This document shows, piece after piece, positions 1 through 10,642 of a stretch of DNA of 32,000 bases. A program made the translations under genes and the position numbers. Every line of letters begins with the position of its first letter. Within the stretch, counting starts at the first letter, position 1. Source of the stretch: a cyanobacterium endosymbiont of Epithemia turgida isolate EtSB Lake Yunoko (GTDB lineage: Bacteria; Cyanobacteriota; Cyanobacteriia; Cyanobacteriales; Microcystaceae); the NCBI RefSeq assembly GCF_000829235.1, contig NZ_AP012549.1, forward strand, positions 330,001 to 362,000, read 5' to 3'. Under the pieces are notes generated by a model, which had not been told where the DNA came from, searched no databases, and saw only the letters and a list, made by a program, of their open reading frames with translations.

Positions 1-105
1 ATCTATATCCTAAAAAATCTTTTTAACTATTCTAAATAAATACAAAAAATACAGTGATCATCATAAATAATCGCAATTAGAATAAACTCATTATGTAGAG
101 TTAAC

Positions 106-152
106 TAGCAAAATACTTAGTTTAAATATCCTTTAAACTAAGTATTTTGCTA
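106..152. repeat. Orphan perfect inverted repeat / stem-loop (21-bp arms, 5-nt loop)
   Basis: TAGCAAAATACTTAGTTTAAA (106-126) and TTTAAACTAAGTATTTTGCTA (132-152) are exact reverse complements. It lies in ORF-free AT-rich DNA (1-1010) with no adjacent gene. Confidence 0.8.
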
Positions 153-950
153 TCTTTATAAAAGTCAGATTTCTAAATTAGAGGCATAACCTGTTTTTAG
201 TATTTTTTATACGTCTTAGAAAATCTCAATAATATTGATACTAAGTCTTGATTGTCATAAGTAATTATTATTAGGTTTTTATCCTGCAGTTCATAAAAAT
301 ATAAAAATATTCTATATAAATAGTTTAATTCAGCTTATGTTTTTTGCATCAATATTTTTTTAAATCCAGTATTTGTAAGTTATCTATTTTTTGATTCAAA
401 GGGGTTTATTTTTTTAGATAAAAATATATATTACTACTTCAACTTCGACTTATCATATTATTTTATTCATAATTTTCTTTGTAAATCCTCTGATCTTCAG
501 ATTGGACTATTTGATCTTAATTAAAACCTCTGATCTTTAGTTGATATTTATGTTATTTTTTTAGATTTTTATCTCTATGATGTCTGCGCTCACTTCTTTA
601 TATGAATCTACTTCCTGGTATCTCAATTATAGCAATTTCATCAACTGTTAATAGTTTTGATTTTTGAAGGGTTTGGTATATAAATTTTGACTAAAGTCTC
701 TTAATCCTTATGTATATTTTTTATTCACTTCCTCCATTGATTATATTTTTTAATATATGTTATTCTTAAATATTAATTTTTTTTAAAAATTATTTAAATA
801 TTGATTATATTCTATCTAACGACAAGTTATTTTGAGATAGATGGTTGCTTTTGTCCAAGACAAATTTCCGATAGTTAATTTATTATTTTTCTAAAATTTT
901 CTAGTGGTTGAGCCACAATAAATACAAGTTGCTGTTTAGTATATTTTTTT

Positions 951-999
951 AATCAACTCGTTATGTAAAAATTAAATATTTTTACATAACGAGTTGATT
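951..999 (-). terminator. Stem-loop immediately 3' of tsaC (putative terminator or RNA-stabilising hairpin)
   Basis: Exact 21-bp inverted repeat AATCAACTCGTTATGTAAAAA (951-971) / TTTTTACATAACGAGTTGATT (979-999) with a 7-nt loop, 12 nt beyond the tsaC stop codon. No canonical U-tail follows on the minus-strand transcript (an A-run follows instead), so the terminator role is inferred from position only. Confidence 0.45.
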
Positions 1000-1010
1000 A
1001 AAACTACAAT

Positions 1011-1628
1011 CTATTCGATAATTTCTTCTTCCTCAAGAGAGACGTTTCCTTGACGTAAAATCATCCACCCTTTTTCTGTCCATTTTGCAACAGTTGAGGG
1101 AATTCCACTTCCATATTTTTTTTTAGAAGTTAAGTCACTATCATCTAGGGTATAAACATCAGGGAAAGTTGCCGCAATCGCTTTCATAGTTTCTAAAGGA
1201 GGATTACCTGATAGATTAGAACTTGTAGTAGCTAAACATCCCGTTTTTGCTAAAATTTCTTGGGCAGTCTTATGGTTAGGAATACGAAGACCAATACTAC
1301 CTGAATTAGTAGGATTTATTGTTGCTGTAACCAGGGGCGAAGCAGGTAATACTAAAGTTAATGATCCTGGCCAATAACGTTGGGCTGTTTGTTGCCAAAT
1401 ATCCAATTCTTGAAAAGTCCCTTTAATATATGGCCTAAAATCTTCAGGAGATGCTCCCATTAAAATTAAGGGTTTGTCGGGGGAGCGTTTTTTAAGAGAG
1501 AAGATCAAGGAAGCACGTTCAGGTAAAACTCCTAGAGCGGGAACAGTATCTGTAGGAAAACTTATCACTTGACCAGTTTTTACGACTTTAATCAATTGAG
1601 ATTGGCGAACTTTAGGCATATTTTCCAA
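1011..1628 (-). CDS. tsaC: L-threonylcarbamoyladenylate synthase, single-domain TsaC/YrdC type (Sua5/YciO/YrdC family)
   Basis: 205-aa ORF carrying family motifs readable in the translation: ISFPTDTVPALGV, KKRSPDKPLILMGAS, WPGSLTLVLP, GLRIPNH, LATTSSNLSG. The length fits the single-domain form rather than two-domain Sua5. Confidence 0.85.
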   Translation of the reverse strand: MENMPKVRQSQLIKVVKTGQVISFPTDTVPALGVLPERASLIFSLKKRSPDKPLILMGASPEDFRPYIKGTFQELDIWQQTAQRYWPGSLTLVLPASPLVTATINPTNSGSIGLRIPNHKTAQEILAKTGCLATTSSNLSGNPPLETMKAIAATFPDVYTLDDSDLTSKKKYGSGIPSTVAKWTEKGWMILRQGNVSLEEEEIIE

Positions 1629-1681
1629 AGTAACTACTATAAAAATCGTTAGAGGTTTTTTAAAAAACTATTCCATTAAGC

Positions 1682-1734
1682 AAAATTACATTATGTTAAA
1701 ATTACCAGGGGTAATTTTAACATAATGTAATTTT
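1682..1734. terminator. 25-bp perfect stem-loop with U-run, 54 nt upstream of the tsaC start (candidate relic or bidirectional terminator)
   Basis: AAAATTACATTATGTTAAAATTACC (1682-1706) and GGTAATTTTAACATAATGTAATTTT (1710-1734) are exact reverse complements with a 3-nt loop. Both arms end in TTTT on their own strand, and on the + strand the stem is followed by TTATT. No intact gene lies to the right until 3150. Confidence 0.45.
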
Positions 1735-3149
1735 TTATTCCTATTTTATACTTGAAAAATCTCCTTCTGATAAATCTATCTAAATTAAATTAATTTGCTT
1801 AAAATGAACTAACTTATTCTGAATTTACTTAATGTTAAAAAATATAATTTAAATCTACGCAGTTAAAACTAGTATGAATTAATTTATGTCTTTAAAAATA
1901 TTTTTTATATTAACACTCTGTAAATTACTTCTTAATTAAGTCATAATAAAACAAGCATTTAGATAACTGAGGTGAAGTATAATAATGGAATGATCACTAC
2001 AATTTAAATGATTATAAACATAAGAGTTATGTGGCTAATAATTATAAGGGTGAGTATAATTTTTTTCTATTTTGTAATAGTAGAATTAGTCTGTTCAGAA
2101 GAAGATTTATTAAATTGACGAGACTTATCTTGTTTACAAGTGTAATTAAATTCTCAGAGTTTAGCTATAACTTTAGCCATTAACTGTTAATTTTTTTCAA
2201 AGGACAATCAGAATGTCAAATTTTGGCAATCTTGGTTAATCCTTTTAAAGGATTTACCTATTTCTAATCCCAACACTGTGTAAGACTCTTCTATTCCTTT
2301 TATTACTACGCAAAGAAACTAACTAAACGACAAGACCAATTCTACGAGGCTATTACAGCAGCCTAGGCATTGACTCTGAAAAATTAATGAACTAGCTATA
2401 TTAGTTAGGATAAATATTAGTTAAGAAGAAATAAGAATTAAAAGACTAAAAAAAGTGACATTTGTATTCAAACAGAGAGAAAATATAAATTGAAAATAAG
2501 GAAATTAGTTATCCTATGAATAACTAATTTTAAAAATAATTTAATTAGTTAATAATTTAATTTTTATTTTGTTTATTTAAGATTCTATGCTTAATTGCTC
2601 ATGTCTTTGTTACGATAAAAATTAACAATGTAACCATAGATATACAAATAATTTATTAAATATTTTTTAGCTTGAGTCAAATTTTGTTTTCAAAAAGACT
2701 ATTTACGAATGTTGCAGTAATCATAAAAAATCAGACATTAACTCGACAATATTGATATTAGAATTGATTCTAGTAAAAGAGTACAGAAGACGATATAACA
2801 TCTACTAGAACTCTTAATTATAGGAAAAGATTAATTGAGTAAAGAACAAAATTAATGTAATTTAATTACACAAAGTAGAAACATACTTGGGAAACCTCGC
2901 AGAAATGACTACTACTTTATTAAAAGAAGAAATTAGACTAATTATTGATATTTTAAAAAACCTAGAAAATTAAAATATATTCCTTATTTTTTTCTCTTCA
3001 GAAATTATTCCTACGTAACAGATCTGATAGAACTATCTTTTCATCATGATAACCTTACTTAGTTTCTATTCGTGAAAACTACAAAACCGTGTACCTGAGC
3101 AGGTATTATCTATAACTGAATCACAGAACAGTTTAGCTAGGATGTCAAG

Positions 3150-4559
3150 ATGATTAACTGGATTAATAAAAATCGAGGAAAAAGTTGGGTAAGAAAATTA
3201 TTTTGGGCGGGAGTTGTCATTACTCTAGCAATTTTCCTATTGAATTTTACTTTAATAGGGTTTGGGGTATACGGAGATGGAATAGGATATTATACACCTC
3301 TACGTTCCTTGATTTTTGACGGTGATCTTCGAATTTATAACGAATATGAATACTTATCCCATTCAAAGTCTAATTTTGGTGGAGGTGCTCGTGTAGATAA
3401 GGCTATTCCCCAATACAGTAAATACACCTTAGGTTTAGGATTAATCCTATCCCCTTTTTTTTTCCTCGGACATTTTACAACTTTAATTGCAAATACTTTG
3501 GGGTTAGAAATTGACCCGAATGGACTGACTTGGAGTTATGAATTATTCTATTGTTTAGGCAGTATTATATTAGGTATTTTGGGACTAATTGCTTGCTATA
3601 AAACCGCCAGATTATTTTTTAGTCAGACTGCTTCTGTTTTAGCTGTCGCAGGAATTTGGTTTGCCTCTCCTTTGAGTTTTTACCTTACTTTAGAAGCTTC
3701 TATGTCTCATGCTGTCTCTCAATTTTTAATTTCTGTCTTTCTCTATATTTGCATCTCTACAGTTTGGGCAAAACAACGCCGTCAACAAATTTTATTAGGA
3801 CTAGTTTTGGGATTAGGGGCACTTGTTCGTCCTCAAAATATTTTGTTTGCTATTGTTCCTATCATCATGATTGTCTGGAATATAATTAATAGAACCATTA
3901 AAGCTAACCCAATTAGTAGAAATAACCCCTGGAAAGGAATGATTGAACTACCAGACATTACTTCATTAGCTGTCATAGGATTTGTAGCTTGTTTAATGCA
4001 GCTTCCCCAAATTTTTATCTATCAATGGCAGTATAGTAGTTTTTTTAAAATTCCTTATCTAGAAGAGGGGGGAGCAGAAGGGTATGAGTCGAGTTTTAAC
4101 TGGATTCAACCCCAAATTAGTAATGTTTTATTTTCGGGACATCGCGGGCTATTTTTTTGGCATCCTGTATTATTTTTAAGCATCATCGGCTTGATTTTAA
4201 GTTATAAAAAATTACCAATATTAGTCACAAGTTTTTTGCTAGCTTTTGGATTACAAGTTTATTTAGTTGCTTCTTGGTGGTGTTGGTGGCAAGGCTCAAG
4301 TTTTGGGGGAAGAATGTTTATAAATTGTAGTTTAATTTTTGTTTGGGGATTAGCAGCTTTTTGGGATAATTTATCCTGTAAGAGATCACCACTAATTGGA
4401 GTAGTAGTGACTCTATTTTTAATAGGATGGAATGCCTTATTAATTCTACAATACGAATCAGGGATGATTCCTTCAGAAAAAGCTGTTACTTTTGGAAGAG
4501 TTTTACATAATCAATTATTTGTCATTCCTCACTTTATAAATCATATTTTTAATCGTTAG
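3150..4559 (+). CDS. Polytopic membrane protein, candidate GT-C (ArnT/PMT-like) glycosyltransferase
   Basis: 469-aa ORF with many hydrophobic segments. After the first TM segment there is an acidic/aromatic loop (YGDGIGYYTPLRSLIFDGDLRIYNEYEY), reminiscent of the first-loop Asp motifs of GT-C enzymes. The functional call rests on recall of that architecture, not on an alignment. Confidence 0.55.
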   Translation: MINWINKNRGKSWVRKLFWAGVVITLAIFLLNFTLIGFGVYGDGIGYYTPLRSLIFDGDLRIYNEYEYLSHSKSNFGGGARVDKAIPQYSKYTLGLGLILSPFFFLGHFTTLIANTLGLEIDPNGLTWSYELFYCLGSIILGILGLIACYKTARLFFSQTASVLAVAGIWFASPLSFYLTLEASMSHAVSQFLISVFLYICISTVWAKQRRQQILLGLVLGLGALVRPQNILFAIVPIIMIVWNIINRTIKANPISRNNPWKGMIELPDITSLAVIGFVACLMQLPQIFIYQWQYSSFFKIPYLEEGGAEGYESSFNWIQPQISNVLFSGHRGLFFWHPVLFLSIIGLILSYKKLPILVTSFLLAFGLQVYLVASWWCWWQGSSFGGRMFINCSLIFVWGLAAFWDNLSCKRSPLIGVVVTLFLIGWNALLILQYESGMIPSEKAVTFGRVLHNQLFVIPHFINHIFNR

Positions 4560-4605
4560 TCATTAATTGATGATTTTTAAACTTAAAAATCATCAATTAA
4601 TGACT
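4558..4605 (+). terminator. Stem-loop overlapping the stop codon of the membrane-protein gene (putative terminator)
   Basis: TCATTAATTGATGATTTTTAA (4560-4580) and TTAAAAATCATCAATTAATGA (4583-4603) are exact reverse complements, extendable by 2 bp. No strong U-tract follows, so the function is inferred from position. Confidence 0.45.
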
Positions 4606-4697
4606 TGAAAATGTTAATTATAGTGGTAGATTTTAATCCTAGTGAGTTAATAGTCAGTTATCATGTGAAATGAAATTTTAGTAATTTTAAATTGCAG

Positions 4698-5921
4698 ATG
4701 TCTCCTGTTATCCCTTCTGAAAACTTAGTTTGGTTGTATAGAGGAACTCATGAAATCTTCCCCCATCAACCCCATTCAGATAACCTTGAAGAAAACTTTG
4801 AACAATACCTGAAAAAATGCGATCATCCTCTTAGAGTCAAGTTAGGAATCGACCCCACAGATTCGAACATTCACCTAGGCCATAGTATCCCTTTTCGAAA
4901 GTTAAGAGCGTTTCAGGATGCAGGACATACTGCTGTAGTAATCATAGGAGATTTCACGGCACAAATTGGTGATCCGACAGGAAGATCGGAAGTTAGGAAA
5001 CAATTAACGCCCGAACAGGTTCAGGAAAACGCTAAAAACTATTTAGAACAATTGTCTCCTATTCTTGATTTTGAAACCCCAGGAAGATTAGAGATTCGCT
5101 ACAATTCTGAATGGTTAAAAGAATTAAATTTAGCTAAAGTTCAAGAATTATTAGCTACAATGACTGTAGGACAAATGTTAGCTAAAGAAGGATTTGCACA
5201 AAGATTTAAGCAAGAAAATCCCATTTTTCTGCATGAATTTTTGTACCCTTTAATGCAGGGTTATGATTCAGTGATGATTGACGCAGATATAGAATTGGGG
5301 GGGACAGATCAAAAATTTAATATTGCTGTAGGAAGAGACTTACAAAGACACTTTGGAAAACCTCCTCAATTTGGTTTATTATTACCTATCTTAATTGGAA
5401 CAGATGGCCATAAGAAAATGTCTAAATCTCTTAATAATTATGTTGGCTTAAAAGAAAATGCGCTGTTGATGTATTCAAAATTAGAAAAAACTCCAGATAC
5501 TTTGATCAGAAATTATTTTGAATTATTAACTCAATTATCATTAGATGATTTACCTGAAAATCCAAGAGACTGTCAAAAACAGTTAGGGATTGAAATTGTC
5601 TCTCAATTCCATGGAAGAGAAGCTGCTTTAATTGCCAAAAAAACCGCGGAAGAGTTAGTGAAAAAAAGGAATAAAACCTCGAAAGATATAGTAGCTGAAT
5701 ATAACCTCTCTGGAGTCGAATTTCCCGCCAAACTATTTTATGTTTTGAATGCCAGTGGATTATGTAGCAGTAGTGGAGAAGGAAGACGACAACTTCAAGG
5801 GGGTGCAGTTCGTTTAGACGGTGATCGCGTTACTGACGTTAACTTAAGTTTTGAAACTGTCGAAGAACTCCGAGGAAAAGTATTGCAAGTAGGGAAAACA
5901 AAATTTATTAGGTTAGTTTGA
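4698..5921 (+). CDS. tyrS: Tyrosine--tRNA ligase
   Basis: Class I HIGH-type motif (IHLGHS) and a KMSKS motif (KMSKSLNN) are present. The C-terminal region is S4-like ([11 protein letters not shown]). The ORF track starts at TTG 4692; ATG 4698 (MSPVIPS...) is the more likely start. Confidence 0.95.
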   Translation: MSPVIPSENLVWLYRGTHEIFPHQPHSDNLEENFEQYLKKCDHPLRVKLGIDPTDSNIHLGHSIPFRKLRAFQDAGHTAVVIIGDFTAQIGDPTGRSEVRKQLTPEQVQENAKNYLEQLSPILDFETPGRLEIRYNSEWLKELNLAKVQELLATMTVGQMLAKEGFAQRFKQENPIFLHEFLYPLMQGYDSVMIDADIELGGTDQKFNIAVGRDLQRHFGKPPQFGLLLPILIGTDGHKKMSKSLNNYVGLKENALLMYSKLEKTPDTLIRNYFELLTQLSLDDLPENPRDCQKQLGIEIVSQFHGREAALIAKKTAEELVKKRNKTSKDIVAEYNLSGVEFPAKLFYVLNASGLCSSSGEGRRQLQGGAVRLDGDRVTDVNLSFETVEELRGKVLQVGKTKFIRLV

Positions 5922-6664
5922 ACGATTGATATAAAATCAGATATTCATAGCTCCTTTATGTTTCTTTATTCTCAAACTATCTTGTCTTCTATCTATTTTT
6001 ATGCTTTTTAATATAAATAAATTTCTACAGATAAATTTAGAGATAATTAAGTATTTTTACTCCTAATAATATAATCCATAAATTAAATCAATTAGGGAAT
6101 AGTTAGACAAGAAAACAGCTTATTTTAAATATTTAAGATATTTCATATATTTTTCTATCTATTGATACTCTACTCTAATCATAGACGAGAGCCTTTAATA
6201 GTTAATGAATAAAAAGTTAACCTAACTATATAGATGAAGTTACTCTCAATATAGAGGTTTATTAGTTTTTACTCTCGGGCTACAGCATTTTTTACTTTAA
6301 TATTTTGGGTTTAGTACTTCGAGTGAAGTTACTCGGTAAAAATGCTATAGTCCAGGAAGTATTTCATCAGAAATTAAAAAAATAATGCCAAAAATATGTT
6401 AATTAAGATCAAGAATAAATTAAAGTATTTTCCTTATTCCAATTGTATAAATCAATCTACATTGACCAATACAAAATTAAGTTTTATATTTATTCACAAT
6501 AATATCCTTAAGACATACCTTATGCTTCAAGATTAACAACTTGGTAGCTTACCAATATGAGAGTTCACATTAATTTTTAGAGATATATAAAAATTTAGAA
6601 AAATAAGCATAAATTTTCGGGTAAATTATATATATTCATTTTTTATTCCTAAATTTCCATTAAG

Positions 6665-7576
6665 TTAATTAATAATAGCTTGTTCCAAAGAAATAGGAGA
6701 AACTCCTGCTAAATTTAAAATCTTAGGAATCAAATCTTCGCGTTTAACAGCCATAACATGAACTCCTTGACATAACTCTTTGGCTAATTGAACTTGTTCA
6801 GCAGCAATTTTAACTCCTTCTTGCAAAACATCATTCGCATTAGCTAATCTTTGGATAATTGTTTCGGGAATTTTAACTCCAGGAACATTACGGTTAATAA
6901 AGTTAGCATTTTTAGCTGATTTTAAAAGAAAAATTCCCGCTAAAATTGGTTTACCTGTTCCTGCAGCAATTTTGTGCATAAACTTATCTAATTGCTCAAA
7001 GTCTGTAATCAATTGACTCTGAAAAAATTGTGCCCCTGCTGCTAATTTATGTTCGAACCTTCGTTGTAACCCAGACCAACTAGGACATTGAGGATCGACT
7101 GCTGCCCCAGCAAATAAATCTAGAGAATCATCGGGAAGAGATTGATAATTAAAATCCACTCCACGATTAAGATTATTAATCATTTTGAGTAGCCGAACAG
7201 ATTCTAGCTCAAATACCGCTTTTGCTTTTTTGTGATCACCAGCATTAACTGGATCACCAGTTAATGCCAGAACATTACGTAATCCTAGAGCATAAGCCCC
7301 CATTAAGTCAGCTTGTAGTCCAATTACATTACGATCACGGCAAGCTATCTGACAAATAGGTTCTATCCCATATTGTAACAACAAGGCTGAAGCTGCTATG
7401 GAAGACATTCGCAAGACAGCTCTACTCCCATCAGTTACATTAACCCCATGAACTCTCCCTTTAAGTTTTTGAGCCATCTCCACCATACGGGCAGGATTGC
7501 TTCCTTTAGGAGGAGTTACTTCTGCAGTAATTAGAAATTCTTTATTTTGAACAGCTTGTCGAAAACGATTGATCAT
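6665..7576 (-). CDS. metF: 5,10-methylenetetrahydrofolate reductase
   Basis: 303-aa ORF with typical MTHFR blocks (TAEVTPPKG, VNVTDGSRAVLRMSS, ACRDRN, LALTGDP). It lies 41 bp downstream of trpS on the same strand. Confidence 0.9.
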   Translation of the reverse strand: MINRFRQAVQNKEFLITAEVTPPKGSNPARMVEMAQKLKGRVHGVNVTDGSRAVLRMSSIAASALLLQYGIEPICQIACRDRNVIGLQADLMGAYALGLRNVLALTGDPVNAGDHKKAKAVFELESVRLLKMINNLNRGVDFNYQSLPDDSLDLFAGAAVDPQCPSWSGLQRRFEHKLAAGAQFFQSQLITDFEQLDKFMHKIAAGTGKPILAGIFLLKSAKNANFINRNVPGVKIPETIIQRLANANDVLQEGVKIAAEQVQLAKELCQGVHVMAVKREDLIPKILNLAGVSPISLEQAIIN

Positions 7577-7617
7577 GAGAATAATGACGGATAGAATTAA
7601 GGGGTTTTCGGTAGTCT

Positions 7618-8628
7618 TTAAAAAGAGGCTAAATATCCCAAAACTACTTTAACTCGCTCTAAAGTTTGGTTAGCAACAGCTTCAGCTTTTTCTTTTCCAC
7701 TTTTTAAAACTGATTCTAAATAATCTTTATTATCCATTATTTCTTGATATTTTACTTGAATAGATTTAAGAGCTTCTACTGTTGTTTCACTCAGTAGAGG
7801 TTTGAATTTTCCCCACTCCATCCCTTGACATTCAAAGATTACTTGTTCTTTCGTTTTCCCTGATAATAAACCATACAATTTTAATAAGTTATTACATTCA
7901 GGACGTTCTAGATTATCAAATTCTAAACCTCGAATAGGGTCAGTTTTACAACGTTTAATCTTTTTATTAATTAATTCAGGAGAGTCTAATAAATTTATTC
8001 GACTCATATCCGAGATATCAGATTTGGACATTTTACGCTTACCATCTGTTAAACTCATAATCCTCGCACCTTCAGCTCTTATCAAAGGTTGGGGAATCTT
8101 CACCACAGGGTTTTCAGGAGTTGCAAATTGATCATTTAAACGAATGGCAATATCACGGGTTAATTCTAAATGCTGTTTTTGATCTTCTCCTACGGGAACG
8201 AAATCAGCATCGTACAGAAGAATGTCGGCAGCCATCAATACGGGATAGTCAAGTAAGCCAACACTAACGTTTTCCCCCTGTTTAAGCGCTTTTTCCTTGA
8301 ACTGTATCATTCGTTCTAACCAATTAAGAGGAGTAATACAATTTAGTAGCCAAGCTAATTCGCTATGAGCTGTTACATGGGACTGGACAAAAATAGTAGC
8401 ATGTTCCAAATCGATACCACAGGCTAAGTAAAGAGCGGCAATTGTATAGGTATTTTGGGCTAAAGTTTGAGGATTGTGGGGAACTGTAATGGCGTGTAAG
8501 TCCACTATACAGAAGAAATTATCGTAATTTTGCTGAATCTGAACCCAATTGCTAATTGCTCCTAAATAGTTGCCTAGATGTAGATTACCTGTGGGTTGAA
8601 CCCCTGATAGTACTCGTTGTTTACCCAT
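7618..8628 (-). CDS. trpS: Tryptophan--tRNA ligase
   Basis: 336-aa ORF with N-terminal GVQPTGNLHLGNYLGA (HIGH region) and a KMSKS motif. The length is typical of bacterial TrpS. Confidence 0.95.
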   Translation of the reverse strand: MGKQRVLSGVQPTGNLHLGNYLGAISNWVQIQQNYDNFFCIVDLHAITVPHNPQTLAQNTYTIAALYLACGIDLEHATIFVQSHVTAHSELAWLLNCITPLNWLERMIQFKEKALKQGENVSVGLLDYPVLMAADILLYDADFVPVGEDQKQHLELTRDIAIRLNDQFATPENPVVKIPQPLIRAEGARIMSLTDGKRKMSKSDISDMSRINLLDSPELINKKIKRCKTDPIRGLEFDNLERPECNNLLKLYGLLSGKTKEQVIFECQGMEWGKFKPLLSETTVEALKSIQVKYQEIMDNKDYLESVLKSGKEKAEAVANQTLERVKVVLGYLASF

Positions 8629-8993
8629 TCTTGATTATACTGTTAACGGTTATGGCTCATCCTTCATCATAGTAATTATCGATAACTCGAAGGCATGCCT
8701 ATATTTTTAGTTTAAAAATATGTCTTTGACAAAAAAAGTACTTAATTCTCAAAGGCATAATACACAAGGACCAAAGAAGATTTCTTTGTTGTTAAAAGAT
8801 TTATGGAAACGAAAATTTGTTCCCCTAATTTAGTGCTTTATCACCCTGTTTTTTGAGCTCGGTTTTGACAGCGAGCGGCGACCATCGATCATACCACTTT
8901 ATTCTGGTTAGGTGATGTGATCGCCACTAACCAGGATGATAAGCAACCCTAAGGCGACCAAAAGTATATTCAGGTAGACGTTATCTCCACTGT

Positions 8994-9083
8994 TTAGAAA
9001 CCATTACGGCCCCATACAACCATTGCTAAAGACCAGGTAAATAAAGCTAAAATGCCAACCCAACCGAGAGCTAAAATATCCAT
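8994..9083 (-). CDS. petN: Cytochrome b6-f complex subunit 8 (PetN), 29 aa; not in the supplied ORF track
   Basis: Hand translation of the minus strand from ATG (complement of 9081-9083) to TAA (complement of 8994-8996) gives [29 protein letters not shown]. This matches the conserved PetN pattern (MDI..LGW...... F.FSL..VVWGR.G) in length and sequence. Confidence 0.9.
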   Translation of the reverse strand: MDILALGWVGILALFTWSLAMVVWGRNGF

Positions 9084-10153
9084 AGTTGTTTACGTATGTG
9101 ACTGATGCACTTATTCAAAATTACAGATTCTATGATACTTTATATTTAGGTAGAGTCATGAAGGACTATGGGACGGGACAACAAATTTCGAACTTAGAAT
9201 GTCCTAAATCGCTCTAAGCAGAGAATTGAAAATTTATTACTTTTAGGAAAATTACCTAACAGCCAAGATAATTAATTACTTTCTGAGCAAATCAGACCTC
9301 TTAAAATTGTTAACACTGGGGTTAAAATTGGAGGTCACTTTGTTGAGTTGATTTTTGTTTGTTGCTACTTATACATTATATAATTCATCCCTATAACAAT
9401 TTTTATCTCAGAGATTGAGCAGTATGGCTTTTGGGTTAGTTTCTGGATTTGTTCTCGTCAAAATGTCTACCAATTTAACTGATGACTCAGTATAATGAAG
9501 TTTTTTAGTCGTCAATGGTATTTTTAGGTTTGACAATTACTCGTTTTTACCTGAATTTAGCTTTATATCATTTGTTAATCATACTTTTTGCTGAATTTTT
9601 AGTATTGATTTGCTCTAAAACTATAAATCTTTCATAATCTCTATGACTAGAGAATAAAATAGTTGAGAATTTTTAAGAAATTAACCTAACCGCATTTATA
9701 AAGAATAACGAGTTTATAACAGTTTTACTCCCATAAAGATCAACTGCTTCTATTTCTTCAGAAGATAAAGAAAGACTACAGTCCTCAATATATTAATAGA
9801 TAATCATTTTTTTATTATATTTTTTGATAGTTTAATCCAGTTTTAAATGAATATAAATTTATATTTTCTTGAATTTTAATATTATATTCCTGATTTTTTT
9901 CTTGTCCTGGAGAAAATTTGGGGTTGTAATTAAAATCTGACAGTTTTTTCTCTTCTAATTAGACTAGCTTAATTTTTAGCAACCTAACATCTAGAAATTG
10001 TTCTTTTTTGACTGCCTTTCTATTTTAAGCTTAGTTATTTAACAGTTATAGAAGCAACCAATTTTTTAGTTTTTAGTCGTATATAAATAAAATACACTCA
10101 CTCATCAATTTGTCCTAAATATACAAAAAATATTGTTCATAACTCAGCAAGAT

Positions 10154-10642
10154 TTAATTACCCACCATCTGTTGTACTTTTTTTTGTAATTGACGATCTT
10201 GGGATATGATGGTCTCAATCTGCCGAAAACGCTTGATTTCTAATCCCTGAGACTGGATTAAACGCTCTTTTTTTTGTTCCGTATTGGCGATAATCTCTTC
10301 TACTTCACTTATGGTTTTCTGGAATTTTTCTAGTTCCTCTGATGAAGCCTGAAGTCCAGTTGTATAATTGTAATTACTATGACTTTCTCCGATTTCCATA
10401 AATCGTTCGTAACTTAGTCCTCCTTTTTTTATTGTTATTGCCATTTTTTGTTGGGTTCTATAGTCAATTCCTTGAAATTGCTGTAGGATTTGAGCAAATT
10501 GTCTCAGTTCTAAGGGGCTAATTTCTGAATTCTCGGCTTCAAAAAACCGGGTAGTTTTAGCTTCAATTTGACCATAGACAGGTAAAGACATAAATAAGGA
10601 AAAAAATCCTATAATTCCTCTGACTAGAATTGGTTTTAGCAT
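10154..10642 (-). CDS. DUF4168-family protein with N-terminal signal peptide (paralogue 1)
   Basis: 162-aa ORF with a hydrophobic N-terminus followed by two helical half-repeats typical of DUF4168 (GLSYERFMEI ... SSEELEKFQKT ... QGLEIKRFRQIETIISQDRQLQKKVQQM). Confidence 0.75.
   Translation of the reverse strand: MLKPILVRGIIGFFSLFMSLPVYGQIEAKTTRFFEAENSEISPLELRQFAQILQQFQGIDYRTQQKMAITIKKGGLSYERFMEIGESHSNYNYTTGLQASSEELEKFQKTISEVEEIIANTEQKKERLIQSQGLEIKRFRQIETIISQDRQLQKKVQQMVGN

Noticed and set aside
1971-2060. Two similar promoter-like elements occur: GGTGAAGTATAAT (1971-1983) and GGGTGAGTATAAT (2048-2060).
   Set aside because: TATAAT-like hexamers are expected by chance at this AT content. There is no convincing -35 element and no downstream gene.
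2190-2319. A J-domain-like remnant appears on the minus strand (…IEESYTVLGLEIGKSFKRINQDCQNLTF*LSFEKN…, compare YxxLGv…s…IkxaYrxL…HPDKN).
   Set aside because: The match is only about 40 degenerate codons and the HPD tripeptide is not preserved. It is too weak to annotate, though BLASTX could revisit it.
3656-3889. A 77-aa ORF lies in an alternative frame within the membrane-protein gene.
   Set aside because: It is fully embedded in the 469-aa ORF, and its Cys/Ser/Phe-rich translation is typical of an off-frame reading of a hydrophobic gene.
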